Assembly: GCA_001798135.1 (NCBI GenBank)
Contig: MGRJ01000020.1
Coordinates: forward strand, 31,513 to 95,512
DNA length: 64,000 nucleotides
DNA from: Deltaproteobacteria bacterium RIFCSPHIGHO2_02_FULL_40_28
Lineage (GTDB): Bacteria > UBA10199 > 2-12-FULL-40-28
Direction: 5' to 3'
The position numbers were made by a program, and so were the translations under genes. Below are positions 1 to 9,456 of the stretch, in pieces. Every line of letters begins with the position of its first letter. Position 1 is the first letter of the stretch. The notes below the pieces were generated by a model. It worked only from the letters and a program-made list of their open reading frames with translations. It was not told where the DNA came from and did not search any database.

Positions 1-37
1 TTTACTTTTGTATTTCAAACGAACCAACAGAAAATGG

Positions 38-499
38 TTATTTTTTTTTGCAACACAGGGCATCGAGGCTGTATTTTCCACCACCATGTATCAAAAAATA
101 AAGAGCTACGCACAAGAGGGTAAGTGGATATTCAAATCCATTATTCTTGGTTAAAAGCCCATTGGGGAAATGAACAAAAAAAACAGCCACAGCCATCACA
201 CAGGCCACGCCAAAGGCAGCAATGGGGGTGAGTAGTCCAACCATCAAGCCCAAACCACCTAAAAATTCACCTGCAATAGCCAGGTAGGTGCTTATTTCAG
301 GGTAGGGTATTCCCATATTGCGAAAGCCACCCATGATTTCGGCCATGTTGGTTAATTTTCCATAACCATGTACAGCCATAATCAGGCCAACCACAACACG
401 TAGAAGAGTAAAAAAAACAGGAACCAAACTTTCTTTTTGTTTACAAAATATAAATACCTCCGTTACAGGAGGTATAATCCAAAAATGAAATTCATACAA
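38..499 (-). CDS. DoxX-family small membrane protein (putative)
   Basis: 153-aa ORF with several hydrophobic helices and a DoxX-like pattern (LRVVVGLIMAVHGYGKL); true start uncertain. Confidence 0.5.
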   Translation of the reverse strand: MYEFHFWIIPPVTEVFIFCKQKESLVPVFFTLLRVVVGLIMAVHGYGKLTNMAEIMGGFRNMGIPYPEISTYLAIAGEFLGGLGLMVGLLTPIAAFGVACVMAVAVFFVHFPNGLLTKNNGFEYPLTLLCVALYFLIHGGGKYSLDALCCKKK

Positions 500-563
500 T
501 CGTGTTTAACAAAAACCCATTTTGCCCTTGTGATTTGGGTTTGGATCCCATAATGAGAAAGCC

Positions 564-1565
564 ATGGCCATACCCATATCACAAGGAATTAAGGTTTTTA
601 GCTATATCATGAAGCAAAAAATCAAGGGAATAAAACGTTATCCCCTGGTTTTGATGTTAGAGCCCCTGTTTCGCTGTAATTTGGAGTGCAAGGGTTGTGG
701 CAAAATTCAATATCCTGAAGAAACTCTCAATAAACGGCTTTCCGTTCAAGAATGTTTGGATGCTGCCAACGAATGTGGGGCTCCCATGGTTTCTATTCCA
801 GGTGGTGAACCTCTCATTCATCCCGAAATTGCTCAAATTGTAGCAGGTTTGGTAAAACAAAAACGTTATATTTACCTTTGTACCAATGCCATTTTATTGG
901 AACGTAAACTCAATCTTTTTCAACCCTCCCAGTATTTAACTTTTAGTGTGCATTTAGATGGCATTCGTGAAGTGCATGATCGCATGGTGTGTCGCACGGG
1001 GATTTATGATCAAGCAGTAAAAGCCATTCGTGCTGCTAAAGCACAAGGTTTTAGGGTAACTACTAATTCCACCATTTTTGATGGAGAAAATATAGAAAAT
1101 GTACGCAAATTTTTTGATGAAGCCATGGAATTAGGAGTTGATGGCATGATGATTTCTCCTGGTTATGCTTATGAGCATGCTCCAGACCAAGAACATTTTT
1201 TCAAACGTGAAAAAACAAAGAATTTTTTCAAACAAGTTTTGGCCTCTCCAAAAAAGACATGGAAGTTTAATCATTCCCCGCTTTTTTTGGAATTTTTAAT
1301 GGGGCAGCATAATTACCAATGTACTCCCTGGGGAAATCCAACCCGAAATGTTTTTGGATGGCAAAAGCCCTGTTATCTTTTGGGAGAGGGGTATGCAAAA
1401 ACTTTTAAAGAATTAATGAAAGAGACGGAGTGGAAAAACTATGGTACAGGCCGTAATCCCAAGTGTGATGATTGCATGGTGCATTGTGGATACGAGCCCA
1501 CAGCTGTTATTGAAACTTTTGCTTCTGTAAGAAACCTTGTTAAAGCTGCCAAAGCTTCTACTTAA
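564..1565 (+). CDS. hpnH: Radical-SAM enzyme, HpnH-like (adenosylhopane synthase family)
   Basis: N-terminal radical-SAM cysteine cluster CNLECKGCG plus conserved blocks [33 protein letters not shown] and C-terminal [11 protein letters not shown] typical of HpnH-type enzymes. Confidence 0.7.
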   Translation: MAIPISQGIKVFSYIMKQKIKGIKRYPLVLMLEPLFRCNLECKGCGKIQYPEETLNKRLSVQECLDAANECGAPMVSIPGGEPLIHPEIAQIVAGLVKQKRYIYLCTNAILLERKLNLFQPSQYLTFSVHLDGIREVHDRMVCRTGIYDQAVKAIRAAKAQGFRVTTNSTIFDGENIENVRKFFDEAMELGVDGMMISPGYAYEHAPDQEHFFKREKTKNFFKQVLASPKKTWKFNHSPLFLEFLMGQHNYQCTPWGNPTRNVFGWQKPCYLLGEGYAKTFKELMKETEWKNYGTGRNPKCDDCMVHCGYEPTAVIETFASVRNLVKAAKAST

Positions 1566-1569
1566 TTTG

Positions 1570-2862
1570 ATGCAAAAAATTCAAACTTCACAAAAACTTT
1601 TTAGCCAAGCCCAAAAACATTTGGTAGGTGGGGTTAATTCGCCTGTGCGTGCTTTTAAAGCTGTGGGAGGTAATCCACTTTTTATTGTGCGCGCCAAGGG
1701 TTCCAGGGTTTGGGATGCCGATGGAAATGAATACATCGATTATGTGGGAAGTTGGGGGCCCGCCATTTTAGGTCATGCAGATTCTTTTGTATTAAATGCT
1801 TTAAATCAAGTGATGAAAAATGGAACTAGTTTTGGGGCTCCCACCACCTTGGAAATTGAATTGGCTCTCGAGGTTAAAAAGGCTTATCCCTCCATTGATC
1901 TCATTCGTTTTGTTAATTCAGGAACCGAAAGTTCCATGGCAGCTATTCGTTTAGCTCGTGGATTTACCGCAAAAAATAAAATCATTAAATTTGAGGGCTG
2001 TTACCATGGTCATGGTGATTCGCTACTTGTAAAAGCTGGTTCGGGGGCGCAAACTCTTGGTATTCCAGATAGTGCTGGGGTTCCTTCTGAATTTGCTGCT
2101 TTAACTTTGGTTGCCAATTATAACGATATTCAGTCTGTTAAAAATATTTTTCAAAAAAATAAAAACGAAGTAGCCTGTGTGATTATAGAACCCATTATGG
2201 GGAATATGGGTTGTATCTTGCCTCAACCTCACTTTTTAAAAGAATTAATCAACGTGGCTCACGAAAATCACTCCCTTGTTATTTTTGATGAAGTGATGAC
2301 TGGTTTTCGTGTGGCTTTTGGGGGAGCGCAGGAATTGTTCAACTTGCAAGCTGATATTACTTGTTTAGGTAAAATTATTGGTGGTGGTTTGCCTGTAGGA
2401 GCTTATGGGGGACGACGAGAAATAATGGAATATGTGGCGCCTCTTGGGCCCGTGTATCAAGCAGGAACTCTTTCGGGCAATCCCCTGGCCATGGCGGCAG
2501 GCCTTGTTACTTTAAAAAAATTACAGGAAAAAGATGTTTATAAAAAGTTGGAAGAAAAAGGGCATTTTTTAGAAGAAGGAATTAAATCAGCAGCACGTGA
2601 GGTAGGAATTTCCCTTCAATTGAATCGTGTTGGTTCAATGTTCTCTGTCTTTTTTTCAGATAAACCTGTACTGGATGCTGCGGGCGCTCTTTGTTCAAAC
2701 ACCAAAAATTTCAGCACCTTTTTTCACACCTTGCTCGATAATGGAATTTACACAGCTCCCTCAGCTTTTGAGGCTGGGTTTATTTCGTTAGCTCATACTG
2801 TAGAGGATTTGGAGAAAACCATTCAAGCTTATAAACAAGCAATTCTTAAAATTCATGAATGA
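1570..2862 (+). CDS. hemL: Glutamate-1-semialdehyde 2,1-aminomutase
   Basis: [19 protein letters not shown] and PLP-lysine region [19 protein letters not shown]; ATG at 1570 lies 4 nt after the hpnH stop (a longer TTG-initiated frame from 1537 would overlap hpnH). Confidence 0.9.
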   Translation: MQKIQTSQKLFSQAQKHLVGGVNSPVRAFKAVGGNPLFIVRAKGSRVWDADGNEYIDYVGSWGPAILGHADSFVLNALNQVMKNGTSFGAPTTLEIELALEVKKAYPSIDLIRFVNSGTESSMAAIRLARGFTAKNKIIKFEGCYHGHGDSLLVKAGSGAQTLGIPDSAGVPSEFAALTLVANYNDIQSVKNIFQKNKNEVACVIIEPIMGNMGCILPQPHFLKELINVAHENHSLVIFDEVMTGFRVAFGGAQELFNLQADITCLGKIIGGGLPVGAYGGRREIMEYVAPLGPVYQAGTLSGNPLAMAAGLVTLKKLQEKDVYKKLEEKGHFLEEGIKSAAREVGISLQLNRVGSMFSVFFSDKPVLDAAGALCSNTKNFSTFFHTLLDNGIYTAPSAFEAGFISLAHTVEDLEKTIQAYKQAILKIHE

Positions 2863-3259
2863 CTAATGAAACACCGGTGATGGCTAAATGATGATCGGTA
2901 GACCAGCAAGATTTAATTTTGTGTTGATCCATCAGAAAAAGCCCTAAGGAATCAGCTAAGGTTAGGGTTTGGTCAGAATATTTTCGAATATACTTTGCTG
3001 CCTTTTCCATTTCTGTTTTCCCTATAGCTTTTATGGATAGGGGTTTTAATTCTTCGATAAAGTTTAAAAATTGCATGGCTCGTGTTCCATCGTAGCGTTT
3101 AAGAAACCATGCATGCCCTTCAGCAATGACGAGTGGCGAGGTAATAAGCGAGGGTGGATCAGAAAATAAGCGAGCAAACAAAGTGTGGTGAGTATCGGAT
3201 CGATCTAGGAACGCAATAAGTGCTGAGGTATCGACGTAGCTTTCAATCTTTTTGGCCAT
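2846..3259 (-). CDS. PIN-domain protein, VapC-like toxin (putative)
   Basis: About 137 aa from [16 protein letters not shown], with acidic residues in PIN-like positions (YVDTSAL, TLADS); 5' end overlaps the stop of the upstream small RHH ORF. Confidence 0.6.
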   Translation of the reverse strand: MAKKIESYVDTSALIAFLDRSDTHHTLFARLFSDPPSLITSPLVIAEGHAWFLKRYDGTRAMQFLNFIEELKPLSIKAIGKTEMEKAAKYIRKYSDQTLTLADSLGLFLMDQHKIKSCWSTDHHLAITGVSLVIHEF

Positions 3260-3467
3260 AAATGATATTATCGATATTTTGACTAGAGCAAGAATTGCCT
3301 GACTCCACAAAGCCAACAAATTTCATCCAGGGTTTGTTTTTAGAAATGGGTAAAAAATTTCGGAGTGATCGACGAAGGAGTTCTGCTAAGGATAACCCCT
3401 GGCGTTTAGCCTCAATTTTAGCCATTTGATATTCTTCTTTATTCAAACTTATTTGTGTTCTCATCAT
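3243..3467 (-). CDS. Ribbon-helix-helix antitoxin-like protein (VapB/CopG-like, putative)
   Basis: About 74 aa starting MMRTQISLNKEEYQMAKIEAKRQGLSLAELLRRSL (RHH DNA-binding N-terminus); immediately upstream of and overlapping the PIN gene. Confidence 0.5.
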   Translation of the reverse strand: MMRTQISLNKEEYQMAKIEAKRQGLSLAELLRRSLRNFLPISKNKPWMKFVGFVESGNSCSSQNIDNIIYGQKD

Positions 3468-3589
3468 GGTGATAACATTATATATAAAAATGTTATCATA
3501 GTCAATATTTTTAAGGCCCTTTACATTAAACGGGAAATGCTTCAAGGGTGTGGGTATTAGGAAGCATGGATTATTGTAACGATTTAATT

Positions 3590-6286
3590 TTATAGTGCAA
3601 TGAGAGGAGCAAATCCCATTGAGGCATCTAACCCCACTCCTGCAATCATAATACGTCCCATGGCATCAAAAGCTAGTCCGCCACCTAGGGCCGGGGCTCC
3701 ACTCCATCCATTATTTGTTGCAGCAGCAATGCCTAAACCTACTCCCAATTGGTTGGGAACCACTTCATAAAATACTCCTCCTCTAGCAGAAGCATAGGCA
3801 TAAAGAGGGAGAGCTGCTGTAACGGGGTTCATAAGGCCTGCAAGCATATCAGAGGGTTGTTTGCCTACTCTCACTCCAGTTTCCAATTGGCTTTTAAAAT
3901 AAAGTTTTCCATTGGGGACTAAATTTTTTCGATGAGTGGCCGATATATTTACACCCGCATAAACCCCACCACTAAAAGAAATCCCAGGGCCTGCTGTTAT
4001 TTTTACAATGGTGTTGGTGTTGGGATTGTACATAATGCCTACATAGGGTTGATTCCATAATTCACGAGCCGATATAATACCTTGTAAATTATATCCTGCT
4101 AAAACACTCCAATCTGATGTGGGGCTTCCAATGGGATGAGTAAATTCAAAACCCAAATTTGCTGCTTGATAGGAATTATTTGCAAAACCCAAATTAACTG
4201 CCGAATTCAAGGTAAGTGAATCTCCAGCCTTATTGAGGTAGGGCATAGTATAACCCACTCCTGCATTCAAAGCAGGGGCTAAAGGAATTCCACTCACACC
4301 TGCACTTGTCAGTAAATTGTGCCCATTCATGAAGCGAGTGGTAGCACCTCCATAAGGAGAGGCACCTGTGGCACCACCATCTATGCCAAATTCCGGAGAT
4401 ATGAGGATACCATCCCTGGCTAATTTAACTTTAATGATGACATCTCCAGGGCGTTTTTTATCGGGAACAATATCCCAAACAATCTGTACTGGAAAATTTC
4501 CTCCAGGTTTACTTTCAGCTTTGCGGTCAATACGATTATGGTCGCTCCAATCTGGAAGCCCAGAGCGCTCTAATTGATCAAGTTGGTAGTCGATAATGGT
4601 AGAGTAACCTGTTGTTCTGTTGCCAATAGCTAAAATGGTATTAGCAACATCTGTATGTTTGTAATACCTTCCTTCAAAATCCAATCTTTTGCGGAGCATT
4701 TTTTCTCCACCCTGGGTATAAAACCAATCTTGTAATTGGGCATAAGCTGCTGGGTTGTCTTCTTTTCCATAAAATTCAAAATCAATTTTTGAAATTTTTG
4801 CAAAATGAAGATTGGTTAATCCACTTGGAGTAGGACGGCCAATAACGAGTTTTTGATTATCATAAGAGAGATCAACGGCTCTAGCATCCATAGCTTCATC
4901 TGTTTCAGGATCTATTTCTACCCCTGATTTTAAAAGATAACCTTCTTCAAGTTGGTAATATTGGTCTAACTTGGCAAGACCCCGATTGATGGATTTATTT
5001 GTATACTGAGGTTGTTTGCGCCCAGGTTTATGGTTTTTAAACCAATGTTCCAATCGATGAGGATTAAGTTGTATATCTGAACGCAGTTCAATTTTTTTGG
5101 GCATGGGAATCAAAATATAATTGAGATGAAGAGTAGATCCATCGGCCCAAGGTTTTCCACCAGGTTGAACATAGTATGAATGTCCATCCAGTTGTCCTTT
5201 ATTAAAGTAGGCAACAAGATCTTGTTCGAGTTCTTTTATGTTTCTTTCGTTTAAAGGGTAACGAATTTTTATTTCCTTAGATGCTGGATTAAACGAAATA
5301 TTTTTAACGGGGTGTCCATCCTTATCTGCAATGGTTGCATCAAGTGTAACAGAGAGATATTGGGGTTTGCAAAGAACTGGAATTACAAGTTCGTTGTGGT
5401 CGTTAATTTCCGGGGTTCCTAAACCTGCAAAATGCTCAAACTTTTTATTTTTCTTAAAATAACTTTGTAATTTTGATATTCCTTTTTCAATGTTCTTTTG
5501 AGAATAAGGGTAATCAAAAAAACTAAGAATTTTTTTTGTTAATTGATCTCGAATTTCTTGATTGGCATAGGGCAGGCCTTCATCATCTGTAATCAAGGGA
5601 ACAATTCCTTCCACAGGGGGGCTTATTTTATAAACAACGGTTACTTTTCCTTCTTCATCAAACTTAATATCAATGGGTAGAACATTGACGGTATTTTTAA
5701 AAAGAGATTGGGCTATGTTTTTAAAAATACCTTCGAGTTGAGCAAACTCTTCAGCGGAAATCACACCATCTTTTCCAACAATCTTTTCTGTTTTTTTGCG
5801 GATGGTTTTTTCTAAATGTTCAAGACGTTGTGATGTTTCTTTTGAAGGACGCCACTCATTTTTTAAGTGAGGTCCTTCAACAGAACTAAAAGAATATCCC
5901 CATTCAAACTTGGTTCCTCCATAAGAAAAATTGGAAGAATCTTGTTCATTTTTCCAAAGTAGTTTGGCTTGAGTTGTTTTTTTAAGTCCTTTTTCAGGGC
6001 TAGAATGGATAAGGGTTAATTCATGAGGAAGTTGTTTAAGATCTATTGTTGGATCAAGCCAGGCAATGTAGCGATAATTTTGGTTATGAATGGTTTGCTC
6101 AAAAATAATTTCATCAAAGAAGGGTTTATCAAATTGAGTGAAAAAATCTTTGGGCTTTATACTGGCATCAACTATTTCAAAGTGATCAAGAGGAATAAAC
6201 TCCGATCCATTTTGAATGGCCGATTGAACAGGAATATCTTCAGAGGTGTTATCACCACGAACAGAATTGAGAACAAAGTGAACCAT
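3590..6286 (-). CDS. Large hypothetical protein (898 aa) with Gly/Ala-rich C-terminal domain
   Basis: Long uninterrupted ORF with no obvious N-terminal signal peptide (MVHFVLNSVRGDNTSED). The C-terminal ~300 aa are strongly G/A/S/N-rich with alternating hydrophobic residues. No catalytic motif recognised. Confidence 0.6.
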   Translation of the reverse strand: MVHFVLNSVRGDNTSEDIPVQSAIQNGSEFIPLDHFEIVDASIKPKDFFTQFDKPFFDEIIFEQTIHNQNYRYIAWLDPTIDLKQLPHELTLIHSSPEKGLKKTTQAKLLWKNEQDSSNFSYGGTKFEWGYSFSSVEGPHLKNEWRPSKETSQRLEHLEKTIRKKTEKIVGKDGVISAEEFAQLEGIFKNIAQSLFKNTVNVLPIDIKFDEEGKVTVVYKISPPVEGIVPLITDDEGLPYANQEIRDQLTKKILSFFDYPYSQKNIEKGISKLQSYFKKNKKFEHFAGLGTPEINDHNELVIPVLCKPQYLSVTLDATIADKDGHPVKNISFNPASKEIKIRYPLNERNIKELEQDLVAYFNKGQLDGHSYYVQPGGKPWADGSTLHLNYILIPMPKKIELRSDIQLNPHRLEHWFKNHKPGRKQPQYTNKSINRGLAKLDQYYQLEEGYLLKSGVEIDPETDEAMDARAVDLSYDNQKLVIGRPTPSGLTNLHFAKISKIDFEFYGKEDNPAAYAQLQDWFYTQGGEKMLRKRLDFEGRYYKHTDVANTILAIGNRTTGYSTIIDYQLDQLERSGLPDWSDHNRIDRKAESKPGGNFPVQIVWDIVPDKKRPGDVIIKVKLARDGILISPEFGIDGGATGASPYGGATTRFMNGHNLLTSAGVSGIPLAPALNAGVGYTMPYLNKAGDSLTLNSAVNLGFANNSYQAANLGFEFTHPIGSPTSDWSVLAGYNLQGIISARELWNQPYVGIMYNPNTNTIVKITAGPGISFSGGVYAGVNISATHRKNLVPNGKLYFKSQLETGVRVGKQPSDMLAGLMNPVTAALPLYAYASARGGVFYEVVPNQLGVGLGIAAATNNGWSGAPALGGGLAFDAMGRIMIAGVGLDASMGFAPLIAL

Positions 6287-6420
6287 ACTTTATTCCCCAT
6301 GTCCCTCTTCTGTTTAATTATCGGGCATTATTAGAAAAGATCTTCTCTATTGGTAATGAATTTGGGTACAGGCTGTATTCAAAGTAAACCGACCAAAACT
6401 AATCATATTACCGAATAGTC

Positions 6421-6449
6421 TTGACTAAAAATAAAGATAGTGCATAATA
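6421..6449 (+). promoter_or_regulatory. Candidate sigma-70-type promoter for the AAA ATPase gene (near-leaderless)
   Basis: TTGACT (6421-6426), 16-17 nt spacer, CATAAT/ATAATA (6443-6449); predicted transcript start within a few nt of the ATG at 6456; flanked by direct repeat AATAGTCTTGA x2. Confidence 0.35.
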
Positions 6450-6455
6450 GTCTTG

Positions 6456-7574
6456 ATGTTTCGTAAAAGACGCCAGGCCATATTAAAAGATCTCACAAAA
6501 AAAATGGTGTTTTTAACAGGTCCCAGGCAGGTGGGAAAAACCTGGCTTGCCTTGGATATTTCCAAGGACTTTAAAAAACCAACCTATCTTAGTTTTGATA
6601 ATCCAGACCATAGACAAGTGCTTAAAGGAAGAGAATGGCTGCCAGATACCGATCTTCTCGTTCTGGATGAAATTCATAAAATGCGTGGATGGAAAAATTA
6701 CCTGAAAGGAGTTTATGACACGAAACCAGAGAGTTTGAGTATCTTAGTTACAGGGAGTGCTCGCCTGGAAACTTTTCGTCAGGCAGGAGATTCTCTGGCT
6801 GGAAGATTTTTTGTTCATCATCTCATGCCTTTTTGTTTAAACGAACTCCCCAATTCTACGTTGGAGGATCAACAAAAATTGATTGAATGTGGAGGATTTC
6901 CAGAGCCATTTTTAGCTCCCAATCAAGAAGAGGCCAGTCGCTGGCAGTCTTTGTATTTTGATAGTTTAATGCGAGAAGAAATTTTTGAATTCCAACGAAT
7001 TTTCGAGTTAAAAGCGATAAGGCTTATTCTAGAGCGTTTACAAAGAAATGTTGGGAGCCCTGTTTCCTATCAATCTCTGGCAGAAGATGTGCAAATATCA
7101 CCACAAACGGTTAAACGGTATATTCAGATCTTAGAGGATCTTTATATTATTTTTCGTGTTATTCCTTATTCTCAAAATATTGCCAGATCTTTACTCAAAG
7201 AACCCAAAATTTATTTTTACAATACTGGTTTTGTAGTGGGAGATATTGGTGCCCATCTTGAAAATTTTGTTGCTGTTAGTCTTTTAACTCACCTGTTTGA
7301 AAAAAGTGATTTACTGGGTGACAAAACTCAATTGGCCAATTTGCGAACAAAGGAAAAAAAGGAAGTTGATTTTTGTTTGGTTGTAGGAAATAAAATCAAA
7401 GAGTTAATCGAATGCAAACTAACCGATGATCAGCTAGCCCCTTCTCTCCGATATTTTTGCAACAAATACCATTTGAAAGGAACTCAACTTGTTAAGACCC
7501 CCCGCATTGAAAAACAGGTAGAATCCATCCAAATAAGGGCTAGTTTTCATTATTTGAAAGGCCTTGGATCATAA
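6456..7574 (+). CDS. AAA+ ATPase, AAA_14/DUF4143-type
   Basis: Walker A GPRQVGKT, Walker B-like LLVLDEIH, and a C-terminal DUF4143-like region. The N-terminal ILKDL..KMVF extension is shared with the paralogs at 43469 and 44620. Confidence 0.8.
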   Translation: MFRKRRQAILKDLTKKMVFLTGPRQVGKTWLALDISKDFKKPTYLSFDNPDHRQVLKGREWLPDTDLLVLDEIHKMRGWKNYLKGVYDTKPESLSILVTGSARLETFRQAGDSLAGRFFVHHLMPFCLNELPNSTLEDQQKLIECGGFPEPFLAPNQEEASRWQSLYFDSLMREEIFEFQRIFELKAIRLILERLQRNVGSPVSYQSLAEDVQISPQTVKRYIQILEDLYIIFRVIPYSQNIARSLLKEPKIYFYNTGFVVGDIGAHLENFVAVSLLTHLFEKSDLLGDKTQLANLRTKEKKEVDFCLVVGNKIKELIECKLTDDQLAPSLRYFCNKYHLKGTQLVKTPRIEKQVESIQIRASFHYLKGLGS

Positions 7575-7642
7575 ATGGGATCATTTGACTTAACCCTTTT
7601 TAATGTGTTAACACCTCCACAGTTTTGGAAAAGAAACCATTC

Positions 7643-7861
7643 ATGAAAGATTCGGCCTGGGTTGGCTGGGGCATCTATGGGGCTGTTGGTTTTCAACTAG
7701 CAGCTTGTGTTGTTGGCGGATTGTACCTGGGTTCTAAGGTGGATGATTACTTTCAAACCAAGCCTTGGTTGGCCTTGGTGGGTTTAACTCTCGGGGGTAT
7801 TACCGGATTTTATAATTTGTTCCGGATATTAAAGTACACTACTAAAGGAGAAGAAGAATGA
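7643..7861 (+). CDS. AtpZ/AtpI-family small membrane protein (putative)
   Basis: About 72 aa with two hydrophobic helices (GWGIYGAVGFQLAACVVGGLYLG; LALVGLTLGGITGFYNLF); sits directly upstream of atpI-atpB-atpE. Confidence 0.55.
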   Translation: MKDSAWVGWGIYGAVGFQLAACVVGGLYLGSKVDDYFQTKPWLALVGLTLGGITGFYNLFRILKYTTKGEEE

Positions 7862-8244
7862 ATCAACTATCAACCTTCCAAGGGCCCGAGTTTTGGCCTA
7901 TTCAAACCATCGAACGCATCACCATTGGTATTTCTCTTGTTTTACTCACTCTTGGATTATTTTTATGGCCTACTATGGATGTTTTTGGGGGGCTTTTGGG
8001 TGGTACCTTGGTGGCCTTGATTAATTTTCGTTTTATTAAAAAAACCGTTGAAAAAATCCTGGTTGATGACGGCAAAAACAAATCCCGTAATGGATTGCGG
8101 TTTTTAGTAAAAATGATTTTGCTCATTGCTGTTGTAGGTACCCTTCTTTTGGTTATTAATGTTTCGGCTCTTGCTTTTTTATGTGGTTTTTCTTCTTTAG
8201 TGCTTGCTATTTTTTGTGAAGGAGTTAAATCACTCTTTTTTTAA
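7858..8244 (+). CDS. atpI: ATP synthase protein I (putative)
   Basis: 128-aa hydrophobic protein between the atpZ-like gene and atpB; start overlaps the upstream stop. Confidence 0.5.
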   Translation: MNQLSTFQGPEFWPIQTIERITIGISLVLLTLGLFLWPTMDVFGGLLGGTLVALINFRFIKKTVEKILVDDGKNKSRNGLRFLVKMILLIAVVGTLLLVINVSALAFLCGFSSLVLAIFCEGVKSLFF

Positions 8245-8253
8245 AGGATACCT

Positions 8254-8952
8254 ATGCACGATTTTACTTGGTTTGGTTGGATTTCTAATTTTGTTAATCA
8301 TGGTAACATTCATCTGTTTTCTGCAGGTCTTATCTCACTTGTGATTTTAATTTTAGCCTTCGTTTATCAATTAAAACTTAAAACCATCGAAGAAGAATTA
8401 ATTCCCGAAGCAGGTTTTAGTTTTAAAAATGTTATTCAATCAGTTGTTGAGTTTGTTTTAAATTTAATGGAAGGCATTATTGGTCATGATGCTAAAAAAT
8501 ATTTTCCTCTCATTGGAGCTCTTTTCATTTACATTTTTTTAAATAATATTTTGGGATTAATTCCTGGTTTTTTGCCAGCAACCGATAATGTAAATACCAA
8601 CTATGCTTGTTCCATCATTGTTTTCTTATACTACAATTACATGGGAATTAAGGCACATGGCTTAAAAAATTATTTGGGTCATTTTATGGGACCCATTATT
8701 TGGCTTGCTCCTTTGATGGTTGTGATTGAATTGATTAGTCACTTAGTGAGACCGGTATCTTTAGGGGTAAGGCTTTTTGGCAACATTTATGGGGATCACG
8801 TGGTTTTAGGAATTTTTTCAGATTTGGTGCCGTTGGTGGTGCCTGTTATTTTTCTGTTTTTGGGACTTTTTGTCAGCTTCATCCAAGCCTTCGTTTTTTC
8901 GCTGCTGTCTACCGTTTATATTGGTTTGGCAGTAGCCCACGAAGAACACTGA
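8254..8952 (+). CDS. atpB: F0F1 ATP synthase subunit a
   Basis: Multi-TM protein with the a-subunit signature LGVRLFGNIYGDHVVLGIF containing the conserved Arg. Confidence 0.9.
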   Translation: MHDFTWFGWISNFVNHGNIHLFSAGLISLVILILAFVYQLKLKTIEEELIPEAGFSFKNVIQSVVEFVLNLMEGIIGHDAKKYFPLIGALFIYIFLNNILGLIPGFLPATDNVNTNYACSIIVFLYYNYMGIKAHGLKNYLGHFMGPIIWLAPLMVVIELISHLVRPVSLGVRLFGNIYGDHVVLGIFSDLVPLVVPVIFLFLGLFVSFIQAFVFSLLSTVYIGLAVAHEEH

Positions 8953-8960
8953 CTGATTGT

Positions 8961-8982
8961 TCGTTTTAAAAATGTAAAACGA
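8961..8982 (+). promoter_or_regulatory. Stem-loop in the atpB-atpE intergenic region
   Basis: TCGTTTTA-AAAATG-TAAAACGA: 8-bp perfect stem, 6-nt loop. Confidence 0.3.
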
Positions 8983-9087
8983 AAGATCTTCGGTATTAAA
9001 TTCAACCTCCAAGGGGGCGGGATTTACCGACAGTGAGGATGAAGAAAAAAAGTTTCACTTTAAAAACAATTCATGAGGAGAAATATA

Positions 9088-9420
9088 ATGAAAAAAACAC
9101 TCACAGGTCTTGTAACTTTTATTTTTACCCTTTTTTGCGGGTTAGCCCAAGCTGCCGAAGGTGGTACTGTTCCAGAACGCGCCATTGTTGGTTTAGCCAT
9201 TGGTGCTGGTATTGCCATTGGCTTGGCTGCTTTTGGTGGTGCGCTTGGTCAGGGTAAGGCTTCGGCCTCAGCTTTGGAAGGTATTGCCCGTAATCCAGGT
9301 GCTGCCAACAAGGTTCAAACACCCATGATCATTGGCTTAGCTTTGATCGAATCACTAGTTATTTACGCATTGGTGATCGCTTTCTTGCTTCAAGGGAAAA
9401 TCGATACCTTGTTGCATTAA
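9088..9420 (+). CDS. atpE: F0F1 ATP synthase subunit c
   Basis: c-subunit hairpin: GLAAFGGALGQGKA, then polar loop ARNPGA, then second helix LIESLVIYALVIAFLL with the carboxylate; RBS GAGGAG about 7 nt upstream of ATG 9088. Confidence 0.9.
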   Translation: MKKTLTGLVTFIFTLFCGLAQAAEGGTVPERAIVGLAIGAGIAIGLAAFGGALGQGKASASALEGIARNPGAANKVQTPMIIGLALIESLVIYALVIAFLLQGKIDTLLH

Positions 9421-9436
9421 AAATCGGTGATGTTAT

Positions 9437-9456
9437 AGCTTTTCCATGGAAAAGCT
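9437..9456 (+). promoter_or_regulatory. Perfect 20-bp palindrome centred on the dNK start codon
   Basis: AGCTTTTCCATGGAAAAGCT; the ATG at 9446 sits at the dyad centre, directly downstream of atpE. Confidence 0.3.

Noticed and set aside
1537-1569. Longer TTG/GTG-initiated N-terminal extensions suggested by the ORF track (hemL from 1537, panB from 10080, lolA from 19107, GT2 from 30879, and others)
   Set aside because: In each case an in-frame ATG lies just after the upstream gene's stop and gives canonical N-terminal spacing relative to conserved motifs; the extensions would overlap the upstream gene.
4368-4577. Short ORFs embedded antisense or out of frame within large conserved genes (e.g. 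657-860, 4368-4577, 7902-8126, 16446-16730, 52489-52677, 59001-59258, 61055-61462)
   Set aside because: All lie inside longer, better-supported coding regions with recognisable homology; no independent start signals.
9033-9257. 74-aa Cys/Trp-rich ORF overlapping atpE in another frame
   Set aside because: Out-of-frame overlap with the highly conserved atpE; composition is a by-product of the Gly/Ala-rich atpE codons.
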